The position numbers and the translations under genes were made by a program. Under the pieces are notes generated by a model. The model was not told where the DNA came from, ran no database searches, and saw only the letters and a list, made by a program, of their open reading frames with translations. A stretch of DNA of 64,000 nucleotides from Clostridia bacterium (GTDB lineage Bacteria > Bacillota > Clostridia > Christensenellales > QALW01): NCBI GenBank assembly GCA_045600705.1, contig JAZRYL010000042.1:15833-79832 (forward strand), read 5' to 3'. Shown piece after piece: positions 36,744 to 43,776 of this stretch; the first letter of the stretch is position 1, and every line of letters begins with the position of its first letter.

Positions 36744-39125
36744 TTATTTTTTCAAAAACGCATCAAGTTTTTCAAACTGTAATTCCGCTTTCTGCTTTTC
36801 AAAGGGCAGAACAAAGGGCGTCAAAGATTCAAGCACATCGCAAAATCCCGATGACTTGTAATTTTCCATTTGAGTAAATTCCACGGTGGACAGGTTGTAA
36901 CCGAGGTCATCAAGAATGTGTCTTATTTTTGCGTTGTAAACCATCGGAAGCACTTTTTTGCCCATGTTAAGTCCGAGAATAACGGAATGAAGTCGTGTAC
37001 CGATAATGTATTCCGACTGCGCAAGAACTTCAAGCACTTGGTCTTTCGTTTGGAACGAATAGCCCAACACATCGGTTTTTTCACGTTCGGAGTCGGACAA
37101 TTCGGCTAAAATTCTGTCGATAAACGAGTTGTCACCCTCAAAAGAACAAAAACTGATAATGCTTGTTTTTCTGCCCGCCGCCACGGAAGTTTTAACGGTA
37201 TTAACGAGGGCTTGCAGATATGCGGAAGCGTCGCTCTCGCTGATTTTTCTTGAAGGCAGGAAGGGGTCACACACGGAAATGGCAAGACTGCCCGGAATTT
37301 CCGCTTTTTTCGGAATGTTGTAGGAGAACAAAAGGTCCGGAGCGCAGCGCACCTGCCTTAAATCCTTGAAAAGTTCCGCGGAATAGGTTTCACGGAAGCA
37401 GATGTCCTCGAATTTTTTGAACTGTTTTACCCACATCTGCTTGAATTCATCGGTTTCAAAGGTGCCGAAATTGCAGGAAACGGAGAAAAACGGCTTAAAA
37501 GGACGCTTTCTTCTTTTTCTGAGTTTGTAATCAAGCATATAGTCGCCGACCTGCTGATAAATCGAACCGCCCAAGTGCAGAGTTGCATCGCTTTTTGAGA
37601 GCAGGAAGTATTCAAACAGGTCACGGATACCGAACTTTTCGCCGAACTTGTTGAGTTTGGCAACAAAGCCGTCACCGGCGTAGAAGAACTTTACGTTATC
37701 GAAACGGTTGGCAAAAGCGGAATAATCCCACCCGCAATAGAATATAAATAATGTGTCGGGGTAACGCTTAAGCAATGTTTCAAAAAACAAATCATCACCT
37801 AAGTTCATGGCAAAGTAGCCGTAAAGCATAACGGTGCGCTTATATTTTCTGCCGTCCCTGCCACGGAGAAAAAGGAAGTGCTTTAAGTGCTTTATGGGCG
37901 AAAGAACCTTGCCGAACTTCGATTTAATACGAAAATCAAGAGTGCGGTGAAGCTGTGCGGTAACACTGTTCAGTTCGCCTAAGGTGCGGGACAGTTCGCC
38001 CGAAGTGCGTGAAAGTTCACCTTGAAGACGTGCAATTTCGTTATTTGCCGCATCTCGCTGAGTTTCGGCGATAGTGCGCAAATTTATTTGGTGAGTAAGG
38101 GTTGCGTTAAGTTCGTTTATTTCGGCAGCGTCGTACAGATATTTTGATGCCTCACGGTCGTAGAAGCCACGGATATCAAGACCGAATTTATCCCTTGCTA
38201 TTTCAACATTGCGGTAATCTCTGAAAAGTTCGGAAAATTTCAAAATTCCGAGAATGCTGTTTTCCGGCATAAAAATGAGTCCCTTTTCCAAAAGAAACGC
38301 TTTTTCAATTTCCGTTTCCGCATGGGTGTGTTCGCCCTTTAAGCGAAGTCTGTCGGAGAATGCTTCAAGAAACAGACCGTCGGGACAGTCGTTTATCATC
38401 GAATATATGATTTGCGCATATTCCACGTTGTGAACGTTCGTCTTTTTTTCGTTAAGTCCGCTGTTGTGAGTTTCAAGGGAACTTATACGGTATTTTGCCA
38501 TAGGCTTTTCAAAAAGTTTTATGGGGTGCTTTATTACAAGCCGTGCCCAGTAATCGAAATCGTGAAGATAACAGTATGAGGGATAGTGAGGCCCTAATTC
38601 GTCAACGGCGGATTTGCGCATTACCGTTCCCGCATAGGAAAGATGGTTCGATGCATCGAAGAACAAACGGACAAAATCTGCTTGGGTTTCGGCGGAAACG
38701 TCAAAAACGTCCTCAAGCCACTTGTAACTTTCACCGGCAGGAGTTCCGTCTTCATTGACGATTACGGGCTTGAAAAAGCAGGCGGCACATTCGGGAACAC
38801 CGTTAAGATAATTTACGGCGGTTTCGATAAGTTCCGGGTCCATAAGGTCGTCCGAATCTATGTGAGCGATAAATTCTCCCCGTGCGTGGCTGAACGCCTC
38901 GTTGTTGGCATTTGAAATGTGACCGTTGCGGGGGAGTTCGTAAAGTTCTATGCGCCGGTCGGGGAAAGACTTTACAATTTCGGCCGTGTTGTCGGCAGAA
39001 CAGTCGTCCACCACGATGACCTGAAGATTAGTGTACGTCTGACCGCAAACCGATTTAAGGGTTTCACTGATAGTTTTTGATGCGTTGTACGCATTGATAC
39101 ATACGCTTACTAACTGTTCGTTCAT
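36744..39125 (-). CDS. fusion protein: GT2 glycosyltransferase, coiled-coil linker, polysaccharide pyruvyl transferase (CsaB/PF04230-like)
   Basis: 793 aa. N-terminus VSVCINAYNASKTISETLKSVCGQTYTNLQVIVVDDCSADNT..DSDD. Middle heptad segment with GELSRTSGELSRTLGELNS. C-terminus MLYGYFAMNLGDDLF..GTRLHSVILGLNMGKKVLPMVYNAKI. Confidence 0.78.
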   Translation of the reverse strand: MNEQLVSVCINAYNASKTISETLKSVCGQTYTNLQVIVVDDCSADNTAEIVKSFPDRRIELYELPRNGHISNANNEAFSHARGEFIAHIDSDDLMDPELIETAVNYLNGVPECAACFFKPVIVNEDGTPAGESYKWLEDVFDVSAETQADFVRLFFDASNHLSYAGTVMRKSAVDELGPHYPSYCYLHDFDYWARLVIKHPIKLFEKPMAKYRISSLETHNSGLNEKKTNVHNVEYAQIIYSMINDCPDGLFLEAFSDRLRLKGEHTHAETEIEKAFLLEKGLIFMPENSILGILKFSELFRDYRNVEIARDKFGLDIRGFYDREASKYLYDAAEINELNATLTHQINLRTIAETQRDAANNEIARLQGELSRTSGELSRTLGELNSVTAQLHRTLDFRIKSKFGKVLSPIKHLKHFLFLRGRDGRKYKRTVMLYGYFAMNLGDDLFFETLLKRYPDTLFIFYCGWDYSAFANRFDNVKFFYAGDGFVAKLNKFGEKFGIRDLFEYFLLSKSDATLHLGGSIYQQVGDYMLDYKLRKRRKRPFKPFFSVSCNFGTFETDEFKQMWVKQFKKFEDICFRETYSAELFKDLRQVRCAPDLLFSYNIPKKAEIPGSLAISVCDPFLPSRKISESDASAYLQALVNTVKTSVAAGRKTSIISFCSFEGDNSFIDRILAELSDSEREKTDVLGYSFQTKDQVLEVLAQSEYIIGTRLHSVILGLNMGKKVLPMVYNAKIRHILDDLGYNLSTVEFTQMENYKSSGFCDVLESLTPFVLPFEKQKAELQFEKLDAFLKK

Positions 39126-39344
39126 AAATACCTCTCAATCATATACTGTTATGACAGTAAATATAATACCATACATTATATTATATGTAAACATCGTAGT
39201 GAAAAAAATATTTTTGTAACATTTTTTACTGCTTGGAACATATATATAGTATGGATGAACAGAAAAATGAATATATATTCACTATATACGCATTTTTTTG
39301 AAGACGTGCGGAACGAAAAACGAAAAAATTTTTAAAAAAAGTGT

Positions 39345-39372
39345 TTGACATAAAATGTACTATAGATATAAT
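39345..39372 (+). promoter_or_regulatory. upstream consensus sigma-A promoter in the AT-rich divergent region
   Basis: TTGACA, 16 nt, TATAAT. Confidence 0.5.
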
Positions 39373-39572
39373 ATGTATATGTAGCTTGAATGCATCGTAT
39401 TTGGTACGGAAAAGCATTTTTGTGATATAAGCGTATTCCGAAAAAAACGCTTCCACGATTTGCCAAAAACCCCGATAAATAGGGCATTATGAACAAATTG
39501 TGAACAAAAAATATCTAAATTATTTACAAAAAAATAATTTGAATATTTTTTCAAAAAAATCGAAAAAAATGC

Positions 39573-39601
39573 TTGACAAGTATAAAAAACGATGATACAA
39601 T
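39573..39601 (+). promoter_or_regulatory. sigma-A type promoter directly upstream of c-di-GMP riboswitch 1
   Basis: TTGACA, 17 nt, TACAAT. The aptamer starts about 20 nt downstream. Confidence 0.65.
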
Positions 39602-39623
39602 TCAGGTACAAAATTTAAGAACA

Positions 39624-39700
39624 TTGCCAAACCCGTGGAAACATGGGGACGGAAAGCTCAGGAGTCTAAAGCATAATATGCAATGACAGTCCGGTTGCAA
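39624..39700 (+). promoter_or_regulatory. cyclic-di-GMP-I (GEMM-I) riboswitch aptamer 1
   Basis: UUGCCAAAC-CCCGUG-GAAA-CAUGGG-GACGGAAAGC-UCAGGAGUCUAAAGCAUAAUAUGCAAUGACAGUCCGG-UUGCAA. It has the GNRA-capped first hairpin, a GACGNAAAGC core, a CUAAA receptor-like bulge and closing helix UUGC/GCAA, as in the Vc2-type consensus. Confidence 0.75.
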
Positions 39701-39755
39701 AATAAAGATTTTTTGCACGGGCTGCTTTTTTATTGCCCGTGGAGAGGAGACCATT

Positions 39756-40949
39756 ATGAAAAAATTTGTATCTTTATTTCTTGCCTTAACGATGTTCGTA
39801 GCAGTATTCGCAACATTAGGTTTGACAGTAGGCGCTACTTCGGAAATTCAGTATTCCGATCACATGCAGGGCGCAACCCGTTATGAAATCACAGACAGCT
39901 CCATTGCTTGGGTTAAACAGGCAACCGGCGCTCTTATCTGGGTATACGGCGACGACACTCGCACAAAAGCAGAAATCGTTGCTCAGGCTAAAAACGCAGA
40001 CCCCTCACTTAAGAATGCTTGCAACGCATTTGAAGTTTTGAGAGGCGTTGGTATTAAGTACACACCCAATGCAAACGGTTCAAAAACTAAGGTTACAGTT
40101 GCTGAAGAAGACGGAAAACTTTATATGATTCTCGGCGGAAACTACAGCCACTTCGTAAAAGGTGACGGCGGCAAAGCAGTTGCTCCCACACCTGTTCCTA
40201 CAGCAGTTCCCACAGCAGCTCCTACAGCAGCTCCCACTGCTACACCTGCTCCCGGTACCACAGCAGAACCTACAGCAGTTCCCACTGCTACACCTGCTCC
40301 CACAGCAGCTCCCGTAGTTCCTGAAACTCCCGCTACCGGCGAAACAATCAACATCAGAATCGATACCGCTAAGAAAATGGCAGTTAGATTTGAAGACGGT
40401 AACGTTTATTACAACGGCGACCTTAAGGAAATCGAAATCGGTAAAGAATATCTTTTCCAGATCTGCTCAGTAAACTGGGAAAACGGCATCTACGACGATG
40501 AAGGCAACGGCCTTTGCGGTACAGTTGTTTACAGAATGAAAGTCGTTCATGAAAAAGAATTCAAGACCATCAGAGAAATCGCTCTTCAGAACCCCGAAAG
40601 ATACACCGTTAAGGGTATGGATATCATCGATAACCTTAACAAAGTAATCATCATTAACTGCGACGCTGAAAACTTCCATCTTGAAACAGACGTTAACAAC
40701 TTCTTCATGGCTTATCGCTTCCACTTTGAAAAGGGCGACTACAACAAGCAGACCGGTATCAAGAACGTTGTTAATCCTACCGAAAGCCTTTCGGTAAACC
40801 TTCCTCTTGGAACAACAGTTACTGCTGATGCTTATGCAAAGTTCTCAAAGATTGCTTCTGCTGCTATCCTTGTTGAAAACAACAACGGCACAGGCGTTTA
40901 TGAAAACGTATATCTTACAAGCGTAAACGATTATACTTGGAACTACTAA
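39756..40949 (+). CDS. secreted protein of unknown function with central Pro/Thr/Ala linker
   Basis: 397 aa with signal peptide MKKFVSLFLALTMFVAVFATLGLTVGA and linker APTPVPTAVPTAAPTAAPTATPAPGTTAEPTAVPTATPAPTAAPVVPETPATGE. No LPXTG motif and no recognisable catalytic motif. Confidence 0.7.
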   Translation: MKKFVSLFLALTMFVAVFATLGLTVGATSEIQYSDHMQGATRYEITDSSIAWVKQATGALIWVYGDDTRTKAEIVAQAKNADPSLKNACNAFEVLRGVGIKYTPNANGSKTKVTVAEEDGKLYMILGGNYSHFVKGDGGKAVAPTPVPTAVPTAAPTAAPTATPAPGTTAEPTAVPTATPAPTAAPVVPETPATGETINIRIDTAKKMAVRFEDGNVYYNGDLKEIEIGKEYLFQICSVNWENGIYDDEGNGLCGTVVYRMKVVHEKEFKTIREIALQNPERYTVKGMDIIDNLNKVIIINCDAENFHLETDVNNFFMAYRFHFEKGDYNKQTGIKNVVNPTESLSVNLPLGTTVTADAYAKFSKIASAAILVENNNGTGVYENVYLTSVNDYTWNY

Positions 40950-41021
40950 TATCTGTTTCTTATCGTAAAAAGAACATCTAAACCCATGTGGATATCTTAG
41001 GATTTATCTTGTATGAATAAT

Positions 41022-41068
41022 CGGCCACACAGGTACACAGTTCTTGTGTGCCTGTGGCTGATTTTTTT
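41022..41068 (+). terminator. intrinsic terminator after the secreted-protein gene
   Basis: CGGCCACACAGGTACACAG..TGTGTGCCTGTGGCTG followed by ATTTTTTT. Confidence 0.75.
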
Positions 41069-41156
41069 CACCGAATAAAATCAGAATATTACAGTTGTGT
41101 TACACAACGTGAAAAAACATAAAAATTAACGTATTTTATTGAAATGTGGTGCTTTT

Positions 41157-42698
41157 ATGGACGGATTTAAGAAATCACTTTTTGGCGGATATAAAAAGAA
41201 AGCCGTTGATAACGCTATGAACGAAATCAACGAAAAACTTAAAGATTGCCAGAACGACAACATATATCTTAAAAGAACTTCCGAGGAGTCTATTTCGAGA
41301 GCAACCGAACTTGAAAAGAAACTTCAGGAGTTAAGCGCAGAGAATATCAGACTTCAAAGCGAAACCGACAAGTTCAAAAATGAGCAGGAATGGTACAAAA
41401 TCGAAACCGAAAGAGCCCGTAACGAACAGAATGCCATTAGGTCCGAAAAGGAAAGATTCGTTCAGGAACGTGAGAAATTTGCTCAGGAATTGGAACTTTG
41501 CAGACAGGAATTGCAGAACAACAAGCAAGAACTTGCCAAAGCAAAGCAGGACCTTGCACAGGCAAAGCAGGAACAGTATTCACGTCCTGCTGAGCGTTCC
41601 GAAAACGTGGACGTATATAAGAATATTGAAAAGATTTACAGACGTGCTTACGGTACCGGCCACGAAATCGTTGCAGAGTCAAAAGAAGTTGCTCAGGAAA
41701 TGCTCACAAAGGTTGATGAACGTTTCGATAAGACTATGGGCGACTCCACACAGATTGTAAACGATTACCAGGCAATTTATGAGGACCTTGAAAAGCTTAT
41801 TACCGCACTTTCGGCAGATATTTCCTGCGTGCAGAAAAATGCTGATGTGGTAATGAAAAAGGCACAGACGTTCTTGGGTGTTTATGACGAACTCGGAAGC
41901 GTTGTAAAAGCCGCTAAAACAAAGAACGAGGATATGCTTGCAATTTACGAATCGGATATCTCCGAATTTGTTGACAGTTGTGCCGTTCAGGCAAAACTTC
42001 AGAGCCAGACAGAAACATCCGATTCAACACAGAACGAAGCTGAAAAGCCCGTTGAAACAGTTGAAGCATTTGCCGAGCAGACCTTGAACGTTGCCGAAAA
42101 CAATGCTGAAACGGCTCCCGAATCATTTGAACAGAGCAATTTCAGAGTAATTCCGGCACATATTCCGTACGAAAGCGAACCCGTTCGCCGTGCGGATACC
42201 GAATTTAACAATACTCCCGCTTATGCGACAAACGTAAACAATGCACCCGTATATACCGCACATGCAACACCTGTTTACAGTGCGCCTGCATACACAACGC
42301 CGGTAAATAATGCGCCTGCATACGCAGTACCCGCAGCACCGGCAAATAATACACCTGCATACACTGCACCCGCAACGCCGGTAAATAATGCGCCTGCTTA
42401 TACCGAAAATGCTGATTCCACCGTTAATACGGCAGAAAATGTAGCGGCAAATGCGGCAGTAATCAATGCGGTACGCATGGCAGTTGCCGATAACAACACA
42501 CAGGAATCACCTGCACAGAGCGCGGCAGATACCGCTGCACAGAGCGCAGCACCTGCAAATCAGCCGGCTTCTCAGCCGAGCGCAAACAACAATGCCCGCA
42601 GTACTGACTTTACACAGTTCGGCAGAAAGAGCCGTGTTTCCTCAGAGGAACGCAGTGAACTGCTCAGAAAGGCACTGCTTAAAAACGGCGGCAGGTAA
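41157..42698 (+). CDS. DivIVA-like coiled-coil protein with low-complexity Ala/Pro/Asn/Tyr-repeat tail
   Basis: N-terminus MDGFKKSLFGGYKKKAVDNAMNEI resembles the DivIVA F..(R/G)GY....V motif. A long heptad region follows (QELELCRQELQNNKQELAKAKQDLAQAKQEQ), then about 7 copies of (T/N)P(V)NNAPAYT. The track start at 41139 is a TTG; the ATG at 41157 is preferred. Confidence 0.55.
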   Translation: MDGFKKSLFGGYKKKAVDNAMNEINEKLKDCQNDNIYLKRTSEESISRATELEKKLQELSAENIRLQSETDKFKNEQEWYKIETERARNEQNAIRSEKERFVQEREKFAQELELCRQELQNNKQELAKAKQDLAQAKQEQYSRPAERSENVDVYKNIEKIYRRAYGTGHEIVAESKEVAQEMLTKVDERFDKTMGDSTQIVNDYQAIYEDLEKLITALSADISCVQKNADVVMKKAQTFLGVYDELGSVVKAAKTKNEDMLAIYESDISEFVDSCAVQAKLQSQTETSDSTQNEAEKPVETVEAFAEQTLNVAENNAETAPESFEQSNFRVIPAHIPYESEPVRRADTEFNNTPAYATNVNNAPVYTAHATPVYSAPAYTTPVNNAPAYAVPAAPANNTPAYTAPATPVNNAPAYTENADSTVNTAENVAANAAVINAVRMAVADNNTQESPAQSAADTAAQSAAPANQPASQPSANNNARSTDFTQFGRKSRVSSEERSELLRKALLKNGGR

Positions 42699-42729
42699 TA
42701 AAAAAGCCGTTTTTCAAAAAAAGTAAAAA

Positions 42730-42801
42730 GGCAAAACACGTGAAAGCGTGTGACGCAAAGTTGTGAATCTAAAACCGAAAGGTCATGATAGTCAAACTGC
42801 A
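42730..42801 (+). promoter_or_regulatory. cyclic-di-GMP-I (GEMM-I)-like riboswitch aptamer 2
   Basis: GGCAAAAC-ACGU-GAAA-GCGUGU-GACGCAAAG-UUGUGAAUCUAAAACCGAAAGGUCAUGAUAGUCAAAC-UGCA. The architecture matches aptamer 1, with compensatory changes in both hairpins. The closing helix is weak (GCA/UGC). Confidence 0.6.
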
Positions 42802-42848
42802 CTAATAAAGGGTTACTATACTTTATTTGTGCAGTTTTTTCTATTTTT
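42794..42848 (+). terminator. intrinsic terminator / expression platform of riboswitch 2
   Basis: AAACTGCAC (42794-42802, shared with the aptamer 3' strand) pairs with GTGCAGTTT (42829-42837), followed by TTTCTATTTTT. The RBS AAAAGGAG of the lipoprotein gene follows. Confidence 0.7.
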
Positions 42849-42876
42849 CTGAACTGAAAAGGAGTTTTTTTGCATT

Positions 42877-43548
42877 ATGGAAAAAGCAAAACTGTTTTTT
42901 CAAAAGGCATTCAAAAGAACAAAAGCAATCGGATTGGTATTGGTGCTTGTGATGCTTACGGGAATGCTTTGTTCGTGTAACAATGTAAATCCCAATGTCG
43001 GCACCGATAAAGAAGAAACGAACAAAAACAATTACACTTCGTCCACATCAAAGGTTGATAAATCGGTTCCGGAATATGTCAACGGCGACGACCTTGCCAA
43101 CCGCAGTTACGAATTAAGTTTTTTGCTTGCGCAAAAGAAGTTCAATTCGCCCAATGAAATAGGTGTAAATGCACTTGTACAGTATTCGTTCTGTCACCTT
43201 TACTACGATAATTTGATTGAAATTCCCACCAACGGAACTCAGTTGAGAACGGCTACCGTGGATGAAATGGCGGATGAAATCAAAAAGGAATTCGGTGACG
43301 TTACCACGGATATAAAGACTTCCGATTTGTACAACGGAGCGAAAAACTGCTTCGAAATGTGGGAACCGCCCTACGGCAGAGATATTTACTACGATGTTGA
43401 AGTATCGGGACAGGGAAACGACACATACAAAGCGAACACAACGTTCTATACGGATTCAACAAAAGAAGAAATTCTCGGAAGAACGATTTTAACGGTTAAA
43501 GACGTAAATCAAAAAATGGTAATACAAAGATTAACATCAAGTAATTAA
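42877..43548 (+). CDS. putative lipoprotein, unknown function
   Basis: 223 aa with signal sequence KAIGLVLVLVMLTGMLCSCNN (lipobox-like L-C-S-C). First gene after riboswitch 2. Confidence 0.65.
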   Translation: MEKAKLFFQKAFKRTKAIGLVLVLVMLTGMLCSCNNVNPNVGTDKEETNKNNYTSSTSKVDKSVPEYVNGDDLANRSYELSFLLAQKKFNSPNEIGVNALVQYSFCHLYYDNLIEIPTNGTQLRTATVDEMADEIKKEFGDVTTDIKTSDLYNGAKNCFEMWEPPYGRDIYYDVEVSGQGNDTYKANTTFYTDSTKEEILGRTILTVKDVNQKMVIQRLTSSN

Positions 43549-43563
43549 ACGAGGTGCGAAACA

Positions 43564-43764
43564 ATGGATGAGTATTTATCAATAGAAGAATTAAAGAAAG
43601 AAAACCAGGAATTAAAGAACCTGCTTGCAAAAATTCTTAAAGCATACGACCTTGTAAGTGACGAACTTGAAGAGTATAAAATAAAGATTATGACTCAGCA
43701 GAACGCAACCGTAAGCAGTACGGACGACGTTAAAAAACTTTTGGAAAAGTATTCTCGCTTGTAA
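43564..43764 (+). CDS. small coiled-coil protein (66 aa), unknown function
   Basis: RBS GAGGTG. Heptad-rich sequence IEELKKENQELKNLLAKILKAY. Lies 15 nt after the previous gene and 12 nt before the next. Confidence 0.55.
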   Translation: MDEYLSIEELKKENQELKNLLAKILKAYDLVSDELEEYKIKIMTQQNATVSSTDDVKKLLEKYSRL

Positions 43765-43776
43765 GGTGAAAAACTA

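Noticed and set aside
40142-40354. 70-aa Gly/Ala/Val-rich minus-strand ORF
   Set aside because: It is the antisense of the Pro/Thr/Ala linker of the secreted protein, a compositional artefact.
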